41,529 nt of DNA from an uncultured Peptococcaceae bacterium (GTDB lineage Bacteria; Bacillota; Peptococcia; DRI-13; UBA5745): contig CALMWJ010000081.1 in NCBI GenBank assembly GCA_937873525.1, positions 1-41,529 on the forward strand, in the 5' to 3' direction. Under the pieces are notes generated by a model, which saw only the letters and a program-made list of their open reading frames with translations, did not search any database and was not told the origin of the DNA. Numbering within the stretch: the first letter of the stretch is position 1; the number at the start of each line of letters is the position of its first letter. This document shows positions 17,021 to 26,099 of the stretch, piece after piece. The position numbers and the translations under genes were made by a program.

Positions 17021-18375
17021 TCATTTCCCCCCTGTCGACCTTCACCGGTTCCGTACAGATTGAAAAATTTTGTGTATCGGTCGTCAAAGCCCAATTCAAT
17101 GGTTCCTACCGGGCCATTACGATGTTTGGCCACGATGATTTCCGCAATGCCTTTTCGTTCTGTATTGCGGTCATAATACTCTTCACGGTAAATAAACATG
17201 ACCATGTCGGCATCCTGCTCCAAGGCCCCCGACTCTCTCAGGTGGCTCAGTCCAGGACGCTTGTCCGCGGTCTTTTCCACTTCACGAGACAGCTGGGACA
17301 ATGCGATGACCGGCACCTTCAGCTCTCTGGCCAAGGCCTTCAGGGAACGGGAGATTTCGGAAATCTCCTGCTGGCGGTTGTCGCCGCCCTTCTTGTCCCC
17401 CTGCATCAGCTGCAGATAGTCCACCAGGATCATTTGCAGGTCCTGCTCCGCTTTGAGGCGACGGGCCCGGGACCGCAGTTCGCTTACCGTGATTCCCGGC
17501 GTATCGTCGATATAGATGGGCGCCGCCGAAAGGATCGCTGCCGCGTCCACCAGTTTCTGCCAATCGCCGCCGCTGAGGCGGCCGTTGCGCAGGGCCGTCT
17601 GTTCAATGTTGGCCCGGGAGCTCAGCAAGCGCTGCAGCAACTGTTCTCTGGACATTTCCAGGCTGAAGATGCCCACCGGCGCTTTGGCGCGCACGGCGGC
17701 GCTTTCGGCAAGATTCAAGGCAAAGGCGGTCTTGCCCATGGAGGGGCGCGCCGCCAGGATGATCAGGTCTGAAGGCTGCCAGCCGCTGGTGAACTGGTCC
17801 AGGACCTTGAAATATGAAGGGACCCCGGTCAAGCCCTCCTGCCGCTTGGACAAATTCTCGATCCGCTCCACCATATCCGGAATCATATCCCGAATCGGCA
17901 ACAAACCTTGACCGCCCGCGCTGCGGCCGATCTGAAAGATGGATTGTTCCGCCTGCCCAAGCAGGTATTGGGTTTCGTCCTTGGCTTCGTAGCAACGCAG
18001 ATTGATGTCGTTGGTTACACGAATCAGCTGACGCAGCAAGGCTTTCTCGGAAACAATTTTGGAATAATAACGGATCCCGGCGGTGGTGGGAACCATATTG
18101 GCCAGCGAGGCCAGGTAGCTCATGCCACCGACCTTCTCCAGGCTGTCCTTCTGCCGCAAGGTTTCTGTGACCGTGACCAGATCCACGGAGTCTCCCCGAA
18201 CCTCAAGCTCCCGGATGGCGCCGAAAATCAAACGATGGGCATCCCGGTAGAAATCCGCTGCCGTCAGAAATTCCGATGCGACCACCACCGCTTCCCGGTC
18301 CAGGAGCATCGCGCCTAAAACCGCCTGTTCCGCCTCATTGCTGTGAGGCGGCATTTTATCCAGCTCTGTTGACAT
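17017..18375 (-). CDS. dnaB: Replicative DNA helicase (called DnaC in Bacillus)
   Basis: PPHSNEAEQAVLG, AARPSMGKT, FSLEMS, VDYLQL, LSQLSR, LRESGALEQDAD, KHRNGP; no intein. Confidence 0.98.
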   Translation of the reverse strand: MSTELDKMPPHSNEAEQAVLGAMLLDREAVVVASEFLTAADFYRDAHRLIFGAIRELEVRGDSVDLVTVTETLRQKDSLEKVGGMSYLASLANMVPTTAGIRYYSKIVSEKALLRQLIRVTNDINLRCYEAKDETQYLLGQAEQSIFQIGRSAGGQGLLPIRDMIPDMVERIENLSKRQEGLTGVPSYFKVLDQFTSGWQPSDLIILAARPSMGKTAFALNLAESAAVRAKAPVGIFSLEMSREQLLQRLLSSRANIEQTALRNGRLSGGDWQKLVDAAAILSAAPIYIDDTPGITVSELRSRARRLKAEQDLQMILVDYLQLMQGDKKGGDNRQQEISEISRSLKALARELKVPVIALSQLSREVEKTADKRPGLSHLRESGALEQDADMVMFIYREEYYDRNTERKGIAEIIVAKHRNGPVGTIELGFDDRYTKFFNLYGTGEGRQGGNE

Positions 18376-18378
18376 AGG

Positions 18379-18825
18379 CTACGCCTCCGCCACCATGATT
18401 TTTAAAGTCAGCACCACTTCCGGATGGAGCCTGACCACCACGTCCTGCTCTCCCAAAGTTTTGATCGGATTTTTGATTTCGATTTTGCGCCGGTCCATGA
18501 CGATGCTGTAATTCTTTTCCAGCGCATCGCCAATGTCCTTGTTGGTGATGGCGCCGAAAAGGCGGTTGCCGCCCCCCGTCTTGGCATGGACTACCACCTG
18601 CAGTTCTTTCAGCTTAGCCGCCAAAGCCTGGGCGTCCGCCAATTCCTTCGCTTTTTTAGCATCGACAAGACGCTTCTGCCGTTCCAGCTCTTTCATGTTG
18701 GTTTCCGTGGCTTCGATGGCCGTCTTGCGCGGAAATAAAAAGTTCCGGGCATAGCCTTCCGCTACATTGACCACTTGGCCCTTGAGGCCGGTTCCTTTGA
18801 CATCTTGCAATAAGATCACTTTCAT
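18379..18825 (-). CDS. rplI: 50S ribosomal protein L9
   Basis: [24 protein letters not shown]. Confidence 0.98.
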   Translation of the reverse strand: MKVILLQDVKGTGLKGQVVNVAEGYARNFLFPRKTAIEATETNMKELERQKRLVDAKKAKELADAQALAAKLKELQVVVHAKTGGGNRLFGAITNKDIGDALEKNYSIVMDRRKIEIKNPIKTLGEQDVVVRLHPEVVLTLKIMVAEA

Positions 18826-18897
18826 TGTAAATCCTCCTGTCCCAGCATTCTAGGTTATTCGTCCGTCTTGGCATGATTCGGGGCCGTTGGTCTTGGA

Positions 18898-19905
18898 TCA
18901 TCCCTTTTGCCGGCTTCCGCCAAGCTTCCGGTAATCAAAGACCGTATCAAACAGTCCGATCACAGCCATCACCACCATAAAACCGCTCATCAGCAAGATA
19001 AAGCCTCCGACCAAAACAAGCTTGTACAGCAGCCGCTGCTCTTTCGGCGCTCGATATATATAATAGGAAGCCACCGTCAGCCCGCTGATCACCAGGATCG
19101 GCATATACAGCATCAGGATGTTGAACCCGATGTTTGAGACCATCGGGAATTGGGGGAGAAACCGTCCGCCCAGGAAGGCCATAGCAAATCCTGCAATGAA
19201 CCCCCAGATTGTCCACCAGGGCAAACGCCAAAGGCGAAAAGGCACCATCTCCGGCAATTCCACCTTAAGCTTGATCAGGACCTTATTGGCCATCAGATAA
19301 TTGATCAGGGCTGAAAACGCGGCACTGACCAGAAGCAGGGCAGGAAGCAACAGCTCCAGCAGATCCAGCGCGGTTTTCCACTGGGCCGCAAACTCTGCGG
19401 CCGTCATGCCCATCCGTTCCAAGGTGCCGCTGCTTTCATAGATCGGCATGATCATATCCACCGACTGCATCATGGAATCCCTCAGCGCTAGCCACTGCTG
19501 CCAGGGCGTGATGCCGGTGATGGCGAAGGACAGCAGAAGCGATAAAAGCATCGACAGGAAGGTGGCTGCGGTTGTGACCAGCAGCGTCGGCGCCGTCGTC
19601 CATTTTTTGCGGAAGGCATTTCCCAATAAAAGGGCCGGTCCTGCACAGGGGATCACAATGGTTAATCCCGATATGGGGGATCCGGTCATCAGGATGATCA
19701 ACGTCGCCGCAGCCATGGTCAATATCCCCGCTCGCATGCCATGACGGACGCATACGGAAACCACCGGCAAAGTCCAAATCAAGGCCACCAGGACGCCTAA
19801 TACCGGGATATAGATGTTGACCAGTGCCAGCACCGCCGTCAGGGCCGCCATGATGGCGCCTTCGGTCAGAGCCCGGGTTTCCATACTCAACTTGGATCTT
19901 GCCAT
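18898..19905 (-). CDS. yybS: YybS/DUF2232 family membrane protein
   Basis: TRALTEGAIMAAL start, PFRLWRLPW, GLFDTVFDYRK end; position between rpsR and rplI. Confidence 0.85.
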   Translation of the reverse strand: MARSKLSMETRALTEGAIMAALTAVLALVNIYIPVLGVLVALIWTLPVVSVCVRHGMRAGILTMAAATLIILMTGSPISGLTIVIPCAGPALLLGNAFRKKWTTAPTLLVTTAATFLSMLLSLLLSFAITGITPWQQWLALRDSMMQSVDMIMPIYESSGTLERMGMTAAEFAAQWKTALDLLELLLPALLLVSAAFSALINYLMANKVLIKLKVELPEMVPFRLWRLPWWTIWGFIAGFAMAFLGGRFLPQFPMVSNIGFNILMLYMPILVISGLTVASYYIYRAPKEQRLLYKLVLVGGFILLMSGFMVVMAVIGLFDTVFDYRKLGGSRQKG

Positions 19906-19980
19906 CGTCTCACCTCTTACTGTGTTTCGAAACAGCTGCCGCTAAGCAGACTGCCCTTTCAGCATATCATAAATAGGACC

Positions 19981-20013
19981 AAAAAAAAAGCCGGTGAATC
20001 CTCACCGGCTTTT
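19981..20013 (-). terminator. Terminator of rpsF-ssb-rpsR
   Basis: AAAAGCCGGTGA-N4-TCACCGGC followed by T9 on the minus strand. Confidence 0.9.
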
Positions 20014-20019
20014 GACTGC

Positions 20020-20250
20020 TTATTCCGCAGAAAAGGGCAGTAATGCAACATTACGGGCCCGTTTGATGGCAATGGTCAGCTGGCGCTGATGCTTTGCACA
20101 GTTGCCGGAAATCCGGCGGGGAAGAATTTTACCGCGTTCGGTAATGTATTTGCGAAGGCGTCCCGTTTCTTTGTAGTCGATGCTTTCAACCTTATCGACA
20201 CAAAAACTGCAAACACGTTTGCGGGGACGACGTGTACGATCACGTTTCAC
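20020..20250 (-). CDS. rpsR: 30S ribosomal protein S18 (Zn-binding C+ type)
   Basis: [32 protein letters not shown]; GTG start. Confidence 0.98.
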   Translation of the reverse strand: MKRDRTRRPRKRVCSFCVDKVESIDYKETGRLRKYITERGKILPRRISGNCAKHQRQLTIAIKRARNVALLPFSAE

Positions 20251-20275
20251 TGCTGGTCCCTCCTATCGTCTTAAA

Positions 20276-20668
20276 TTAAAAAGGAACATCCTCATCGGAA
20301 AATCCGATCTCGCTTCCCAATGCGCTGGGCGCGGATGGTTTGGCGTCACCCTTTTTGTCCAGAAACCGGACAGAATCGGCCACAACTTCCGTAACCCAAT
20401 GGCGCTGGCCATCTTTGCCGTCGTAGGTGCGGATTTGAAGCCGGCCATCCACGGCAGCCAGGCTGCCTTTGCTTAAATAGTTGGCACAGTTCTCTGCCTG
20501 CTTTTGCCACACGACAATCGAAATGAAGTCGGTTTCGCGCTCTCCCTGGGGATTGGGCCGGTTACGGTCCACCGCCAGCGTGAAGCTCGCCACGGCGACT
20601 CCATTGGGCGTATACTTCAGTTCCGGGTCTTTGGTCAGCCGGCCGATCAGAACAATACGGTTCAACAA
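20276..20668 (-). CDS. ssb: Single-stranded DNA-binding protein
   Basis: [18 protein letters not shown] fold, acidic tail DEDVPF; probable TTG start. Confidence 0.97.
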   Translation of the reverse strand: MLNRIVLIGRLTKDPELKYTPNGVAVASFTLAVDRNRPNPQGERETDFISIVVWQKQAENCANYLSKGSLAAVDGRLQIRTYDGKDGQRHWVTEVVADSVRFLDKKGDAKPSAPSALGSEIGFSDEDVPF

Positions 20669-20699
20669 GCGAATCACCGCCTAATTTTTCATGGTAAAC

Positions 20700-20990
20700 C
20701 TATTTTTCGTCTTTGTTGATGATCATGAATCTCAGCATATCGTCTGAAATCTTCATGACACGGTCAAGCTCCACGACTACGGCAGGTTCGCTCTTGAAGG
20801 TTACCAAAACATAATACCCTTCGTGCAAATCCTTGATTTCGTAAGCCAAGCGGCGCTTGCCCCATTTGTCGACGGAAACCAGCTCACCCCCGCCGTTGGT
20901 AATGATCGAAGAATATTTCTCCATTAACTGGATCAATGCTTCTTCTTCCATATCCGGCTTCAGGATGTACATCAGCTCATAGTTTCTCAT
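20700..20990 (-). CDS. rpsF: 30S ribosomal protein S6
   Basis: MRNYELMYILKP, WGKRRLAYEI. Confidence 0.98.
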   Translation of the reverse strand: MRNYELMYILKPDMEEEALIQLMEKYSSIITNGGGELVSVDKWGKRRLAYEIKDLHEGYYVLVTFKSEPAVVVELDRVMKISDDMLRFMIINKDEK

Positions 20991-20996
20991 CTGACT

Positions 20997-21047
20997 TCAC
21001 CTCCTCCCTTTGGACTAAACGGTCCCATCGATCGATGGGACAGGGAT
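20997..21047 (-). promoter_or_regulatory. S6:S18 autoregulatory mRNA leader
   Basis: Minus strand CCCT-GTCCCATCGATCGATGGGAC-CGTTTAGTCCAA-AGGGAGGAGGTG: inner hairpin, CCG at its 3' foot, outer stem pairing next to the RBS. Confidence 0.8.
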
Positions 21048-21058
21048 ATAACTCATGT

Positions 21059-21087
21059 AGTTTAACATTTTTTTACCACGAAAGCAA
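21059..21087 (-). promoter_or_regulatory. rpsF promoter
   Basis: TTGCTT-N17-TAAACT with TG extension. Confidence 0.7.
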
Positions 21088-21090
21088 GTT

Positions 21091-21279
21091 TTAACTTTCC
21101 GCAGACTCCACTTTTTTGATGGCCTTCAGAAGATCATCCCGCTTCATCAACAGGATATGGCCGCATCCCAGGCATTTCAGGCGATATTCCATGCCTGGCC
21201 GGAGGACCTGCCATTGCGTGCTGCCGCAGGGATGTTTCTTTTTTAAGGTCAGGATCGTTCCTTCTTTATAAACGGTCAT
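21091..21279 (-). CDS. DUF951 family protein
   Basis: LKKKHPCGSTQW..LKCLGCGH; typical position upstream of rpsF. Confidence 0.9.
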   Translation of the reverse strand: MTVYKEGTILTLKKKHPCGSTQWQVLRPGMEYRLKCLGCGHILLMKRDDLLKAIKKVESAES

Positions 21280-22138
21280 AGCCCGCCTCCCGATGGGTCT
21301 TTGGTTTACCCTCCAGCATCGTCACCTGGCGCTGGGGGAAAGGTATTTCGATGGATTCACGCTGAAAAGCCTCTTGAATGCGCCGGCGCAAGGTCATTTC
21401 CACAGCCCACTGCTGCAGCGCCTTGGCTTTGGCTGTGATGCGAAAGACAATGGCTGAATCCCCAAGGGCGGTGATGCCTTGGACAACTGGCTTTTCTTCC
21501 AGGAGGTCCTTTACCTCAGCCGCGGTTTCCTCGCACACTCGCTCCAATACGCTGACCACCTGCTCCATATCGCTGTCATAGGCTACGCCGACTTCCACTA
21601 AAGCACGGCGGCTTCCCCGGCTGTGATTGGTCACCGTTCCGATGCTGCCGTTGGGCAGGATATGCAGCTGTCCTGCGAAATCCCTCAGATACGTGCAGCG
21701 CAAGGTTACCTGCTCCACAAAGCCCTCCACGCCCTGGGTGCCGATGAATTCCCCCACGCTGTACTGATTTTCCAGCAGAATAAAAAAGCCGCTGATGACA
21801 TCTTTAAATAGACTTTGTGCGCCAAAAGCAACGCCAACGCCTAAAACGCCGGCCGTAGAAAGGATCGCCAGCACCGGCACGCCAAAACGGTCCAGGATGG
21901 TCACCGCCATAATGAAGTAAATCCCGTATCGGGCGCAGCTTTCCAGCAAATGGATCAGCGTGCGTTCTCTTGGCTGGATCTCCGATCCGTTGCGTTGTCT
22001 GAGGTCGAAAAACCGTTTGATCGAGGCATTCCCAATTTTAATCAGCACCATGCCGCCCGCCAGAATGAGGACGATGGTTGCAATGAGATTGAATAATTCA
22101 GCACTATGGACAAATAATTGATCGAACCAATCCGACAA
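21266..22138 (-). CDS. Small-conductance mechanosensitive channel (MscS/YkuT family)
   Basis: GVAFGAQSLFKDVISGFFILLENQYSVGE, IPFPQR; TTG start. Confidence 0.92.
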   Translation of the reverse strand: MSDWFDQLFVHSAELFNLIATIVLILAGGMVLIKIGNASIKRFFDLRQRNGSEIQPRERTLIHLLESCARYGIYFIMAVTILDRFGVPVLAILSTAGVLGVGVAFGAQSLFKDVISGFFILLENQYSVGEFIGTQGVEGFVEQVTLRCTYLRDFAGQLHILPNGSIGTVTNHSRGSRRALVEVGVAYDSDMEQVVSVLERVCEETAAEVKDLLEEKPVVQGITALGDSAIVFRITAKAKALQQWAVEMTLRRRIQEAFQRESIEIPFPQRQVTMLEGKPKTHREAGYDRL

Positions 22139-22188
22139 TCCTAATTCCCCCTGTCAGAATGCGCTTCACCGCTGCACCGGCAGACGGC

Positions 22189-22929
22189 TCAGCAGGATTC
22201 TAATTTTTCTATGCTTTGGATGCGGCTTTCCTGAACCCAGGGCTCTCGGTCCGCCGGCAGATTTTTCAGCAGTGGGATCGCCCGCTTGTTTCCGAAATCC
22301 GCCAGAACCCTGGCAGCCTTTGCCCGGACAGACCAGTCGGCATGCTCCAGCAGTCCGGCCACGTTGCCCCAAAGGGACTGCATTTTCATGAGGCCGGCCG
22401 CCTTCAAACCGGCCTTCTGCAATTCTTCCCATGGGGAATTGAGCGCCAAATAGGCCAGTTGTTCACTGCGAGGATCCCTTGCTTCCGCCAAAAAGCCCAG
22501 GATCTGGGCCTGGATCGCAGGATATTCTTCGCTGTCGAACCAAGCCTCCCATAGGCAATCTCTTCCCCGTTTCCCTTTTTTGGCCAGGGCTTCCCCTGCC
22601 TTGGCGGCGGATGGCTGCTGCCGCAAAACCATGTTCATCAGAGGCTCAAGGACCCATTCCTCGGGAAACCAGCGCAGGGCAGCCGCAGCACTTAACTGCA
22701 GCGCCTCCTCCCGATCCGCCAGACTTCGCAGGACCAGGGAAAGGGATTTCTCTGTGGCCAGATAGCCCAGGCAATCGATCACAAGGCTTTGGTCCTGACG
22801 GTTTTTAAGCTTCTCGCCCAGCCATGCCTCTTCCTCATGAAGCAAAAAACGCACCATGCTCCTCAGCTGATCCTCGTCCAGCTCCGGAACCGATTGAAGG
22901 ATTTGTTCCCAACGGGCTTCGACTTCCAT
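22189..22929 (-). CDS. HEAT-repeat domain protein
   Basis: Repeated helix pairs, e.g. LADREEALQLSAAAAL, LEHADWSVRAKAARVLADFGNKRAIPLL, DREPWVQ. Confidence 0.75.
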   Translation of the reverse strand: MEVEARWEQILQSVPELDEDQLRSMVRFLLHEEEAWLGEKLKNRQDQSLVIDCLGYLATEKSLSLVLRSLADREEALQLSAAAALRWFPEEWVLEPLMNMVLRQQPSAAKAGEALAKKGKRGRDCLWEAWFDSEEYPAIQAQILGFLAEARDPRSEQLAYLALNSPWEELQKAGLKAAGLMKMQSLWGNVAGLLEHADWSVRAKAARVLADFGNKRAIPLLKNLPADREPWVQESRIQSIEKLESC

Positions 22930-22973
22930 AAGACACCGCCTTCCAGCAGATTATCCGATTCCCTTCTCTGGAA

Positions 22974-23705
22974 TCATGCCAGCCATGGCAGAAAATAGGT
23001 CTGATAGGCATACGCCATCCAGGAGACGATCCTTGACTCCAGGATCCACTGATACACAGGATGATTGCCCGCCTCCATTCCCTTGATCAGGAACACCGGA
23101 TACGCTGCCCCCAGCAGCAAGGTCAGGATGAACAGGCATATCGCAGTGCCAATCACCATACCCATGATCCCATCCACAGCTCCGAACAGCGCGATGCCGC
23201 CCTTGCCGGTAAACAGACCAAGAAACCAACGAACCGCAGCGGCGGCAAGTCCCCAAATCACTAAAAAGGTGATGGCATAGATGATGGTGTGGGCAAAGCT
23301 GCCCAGCATTTCGGCCATTACATTTTCAGGCGTCATGCCGGTGTGCCAGGCGGGCGCCGCCTGCTCCAGCGCCTGACGCAGATAATCTGCTGCGCCTTGG
23401 GGAATCGGCAAACTGTGGAGTTTCTCTTTAAACTCCTGCAAGGTGACCGCCGCCCGGTCGATGCCGGTCAGAAGCACCAGAACATTGTCAGGCAGCGCGC
23501 GAAAAAGAAAGTCAGAAATCAGCGCCTTCAATCCCAGTGCGGATTCAGCCCAAGCGGTGGCCACGGGCGCGGTCAGCCAAGCGGCCAGAAATCCCATAAG
23601 GCTTCCAATGAAGCCCCGAATGGCTCCGATAAAGCCCTTTTGATAACCGCGCACGGCCGCAGTGATAATGATCAAAACCAGAATTATGTCGATCCAAGGT
23701 ATCAT
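22974..23705 (-). CDS. CvpA family membrane protein
   Basis: WIDIILVLII..RGYQKGFI start, VDGIMG, ESRI end; start MIPW after AAGGAG. Confidence 0.8.
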   Translation of the reverse strand: MIPWIDIILVLIIITAAVRGYQKGFIGAIRGFIGSLMGFLAAWLTAPVATAWAESALGLKALISDFLFRALPDNVLVLLTGIDRAAVTLQEFKEKLHSLPIPQGAADYLRQALEQAAPAWHTGMTPENVMAEMLGSFAHTIIYAITFLVIWGLAAAAVRWFLGLFTGKGGIALFGAVDGIMGMVIGTAICLFILTLLLGAAYPVFLIKGMEAGNHPVYQWILESRIVSWMAYAYQTYFLPWLA

Positions 23706-23770
23706 TTGATCGGCTCCTTTCCATCGCAATTGAATCCGGCAGACCGGGGCACGCTATGGCCCGCTGGTTT

Positions 23771-24364
23771 TCAGCAATATTCGCTTCGGTGCGTGGCATC
23801 CACAAGTTCGCGGTATTTTTCCACGACCTGTTTGATATCTTCCCATACGGTACGTTTCAATGACGGATTGCGCAGAAGCGCCGCCGGGTGGTAGGTCGGC
23901 ATGACCCACCGTTCTTCCCAATACAGCCATTTTCCGCGAGAGGTCCCTATTTTGGCTTGAGGATCGATCAGTCCCTGCAGTGCCGTGGCGCCCAGCAGCA
24001 CGATGATTTTTGGATCCACAATGGCGATCTGCTCCATCAGATAGGGCAGGCAGGCCTCCCTTTCCTCAGGCAGGGGGACCCGGTTGCCCGGTGGCCTGCA
24101 TTTGACGATGTTGCCGATATACACATGCTCCCTCCGGTTGAAGCCGCCGGACTCCAAGATTTTATCCAGGAGCTGTCCGGCTCGCCCGACAAAAGGTCTC
24201 CCCTGCCGGTCCTCATCCTGTCCGGGGCCTTCACCGATGACCATCAGCCCGCCCTTTAAGCTGCCTTCCCCGAAGACAACCTGGCTGCAGCCTTCCCTCA
24301 GCTTGCAGCGGTGGCATAACAGAACCTGCTCTTTCAATTGTTGAATGGTTTCTTCTTTGTTCAT
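23771..24364 (-). CDS. Uracil-DNA glycosylase, family 4 (Fe-S)
   Basis: CHRCKL, IGEGPG..EDRQGRPFVGRAG, NIVKCRPPGNR, TYHPAALLR; start MNKEE after GGGAG. Confidence 0.93.
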   Translation of the reverse strand: MNKEETIQQLKEQVLLCHRCKLREGCSQVVFGEGSLKGGLMVIGEGPGQDEDRQGRPFVGRAGQLLDKILESGGFNRREHVYIGNIVKCRPPGNRVPLPEEREACLPYLMEQIAIVDPKIIVLLGATALQGLIDPQAKIGTSRGKWLYWEERWVMPTYHPAALLRNPSLKRTVWEDIKQVVEKYRELVDATHRSEYC

Positions 24365-24442
24365 ATGCGGCTCCCTCTGTGTATTTCCCGGGAAATGACC
24401 TTTCCAAGGGGCTGTTGCCATTATATCATATCATTTACTTAT

Positions 24443-24470
24443 AAAAAAAGCCTCCCCGGAAGGGAAGCTT
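24443..24470 (-). terminator. Terminator of the M23-bactofilin operon
   Basis: Minus strand AAGCTTCCC-TTCC-GGGGAGGC followed by T7. Confidence 0.75.
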
Positions 24471-24519
24471 CTTTGATTCTTTCAAAGCCAGCCGATGCAG
24501 CGTCTTGATCCTGATCGGG

Positions 24520-24915
24520 TCATGCCGGCTGGGTTTCTGTTTTTGCGGCCCGGTGGGTCGTGCAGCTGCCTTTGAAGATAGCCCCCTCTTCGATGATCAG
24601 GTAGCCGACCTCCAGGGTGCCGTGCAGCTTGGCGACCGCATTCAGCTCGACACGGCCCTCCGCTTTGATATCTCCCTGAACCTGTCCTCCCAGAAAAACG
24701 TTTCTTGCCTGGATATTCCCCTCAATGACGGCTTTTCCGCCAATAAACACGTCACCTTTGGTCTTTATATCGCCCTTGAAATGCCCATCCACCCGCAAGG
24801 TGCCCATGGACTCCAGATTTCCGGTGAATGTGCTTTCCTGACCGATCACGGCATCAACCTTGCCGATTTTTTCAGGATCAACCTCGGTAACTTTCGGTTT
24901 CTTTGCACCTAACAT
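24520..24915 (-). CDS. Bactofilin (CcmA/DUF583 polymer-forming cytoskeletal protein)
   Basis: VIG..TFTGNL..LRVDG..GDI..IEEGAIFKGSC beta-helix pattern. Confidence 0.92.
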   Translation of the reverse strand: MLGAKKPKVTEVDPEKIGKVDAVIGQESTFTGNLESMGTLRVDGHFKGDIKTKGDVFIGGKAVIEGNIQARNVFLGGQVQGDIKAEGRVELNAVAKLHGTLEVGYLIIEEGAIFKGSCTTHRAAKTETQPA

Positions 24916-24925
24916 GGATACCCTC

Positions 24926-25927
24926 CTATTGCTTCAGAACTTTCAAGGGATCGATCCAGCTGCCATTGAGCTGGATTCCAAAGTGAAGGTGAGGGCCGGT
25001 CACGCGCCCGGAGGTTCCGCATTTGGCGATGATCTCTCCCTTGGTTACCTTCTGGCCTTCTTTCACAAGAACCGAACTGCAGTGGGCATACTGGGTCACA
25101 TAGCCATAGCCGTGGGAAATGAGGACCATGCGCCCCCATCCGGATTTGTAGCCCACAAAAGTCACCACACCATTGCCCGCTGCCTTGATGCTGGTGCCGG
25201 TGCTGTTGGCGATATCAAGACCATAGTGCATTTCTGAGCCGCGGCCCGTTGGATTGCTTCGCCAGCCAAAGCGGGACGTGATCCGGCCGGACATGGGCCA
25301 AAAGTCAGGGGTCGCGGCATCCTTGGCCAGTTTTTTATCCACATCTTCCGACAGAACCGTCAGTGAATCTTCTTTTTCAGTCATCTGCTGATCCATATCC
25401 AGCAGCTCCTGCTTGAGATCCTCCAGCGTTTCAATGTTTTCGTAGTTTTCGGTCAAGTCGTAATCCTCGGCGGTGGTGCTGCTTCGGGAAGCCGTCAGTC
25501 CCGCCACGGCTCGCTGAGCTTCTGCTTCACCGGATGCGGCTGCTTCTTCAGGTTTCTCAAGACCAACCTTCTCACGGACCTGAGTGTCGAGGTTTTCAAG
25601 GTCCGTCATCTTGCTTTGCATCGCCTGGGCGATGTCCTGCAATTCCTGGATCTGGACGGACTGGGATTCATTGATGGAGGCAAGCTGCTGGTTCTCGGAT
25701 TTTAAATATTGGAGATTCCTGTAATCCCAAACGAAAAAGCCTCCGACAGCCAGTCCAGCGATCAATGTCATGCTCAGTGCGACGGTTCCGATACGGAGCC
25801 ATTTCACGGATATGCAAAAATCTTTGACAGGCTTGCCGGGGCCTCCCATAAACATCAGTGTGATCTTATCGTTCTGCTTCCTTTTTGCGTCAATGTATGT
25901 TCTTGCTTTCCGGGTAAACGAAATCAA
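24926..25927 (-). CDS. M23 family peptidoglycan endopeptidase with TM and coiled coil
   Basis: HYGLDI (HxxxD), YAH, TGPHLHF; TM near aa 45-66; start uncertain (TTG). Confidence 0.92.
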   Translation of the reverse strand: MISFTRKARTYIDAKRKQNDKITLMFMGGPGKPVKDFCISVKWLRIGTVALSMTLIAGLAVGGFFVWDYRNLQYLKSENQQLASINESQSVQIQELQDIAQAMQSKMTDLENLDTQVREKVGLEKPEEAAASGEAEAQRAVAGLTASRSSTTAEDYDLTENYENIETLEDLKQELLDMDQQMTEKEDSLTVLSEDVDKKLAKDAATPDFWPMSGRITSRFGWRSNPTGRGSEMHYGLDIANSTGTSIKAAGNGVVTFVGYKSGWGRMVLISHGYGYVTQYAHCSSVLVKEGQKVTKGEIIAKCGTSGRVTGPHLHFGIQLNGSWIDPLKVLKQ

Positions 25928-26020
25928 AGTTGCGCCTCCTGTGGTCAGAATCTATGATTGGCCCGGGCCCATCAAACACCCAAGCTTCCTTTTCAATTTG
26001 AACCCTGATTCAGCTTGCTT

Positions 26021-26046
26021 TGTTAAAAGATTGTTAACAGTGTAAC
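26021..26046. promoter_or_regulatory. OmpR-family direct repeat (WalR/PhoP-like box)
   Basis: TGTTAA-AAGAT-TGTTAA plus TGTAAC at 26041, upstream of the M23 gene. Confidence 0.55.
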
Positions 26047-26099
26047 ACATTGAGATCGCTTTGGAAACCCCTTTCGAGGCACATATAAGAGTTGCCATA

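Noticed and set aside
17017-18375. Intein in dnaB
   Set aside because: Normal length (452 aa) with contiguous helicase motifs.
19923-19934. TGTTTCGAAACA as a second parS
   Set aside because: Lacks the central ACGT, so half-site spacing is wrong.
22141-22191. Selenocysteine read-through of the HEAT gene (C-TGA-AVCRC with a small hairpin)
   Set aside because: No convincing SECIS, no redox fold, and the extension runs over the mscS RBS; TGA is a common stop in this window.
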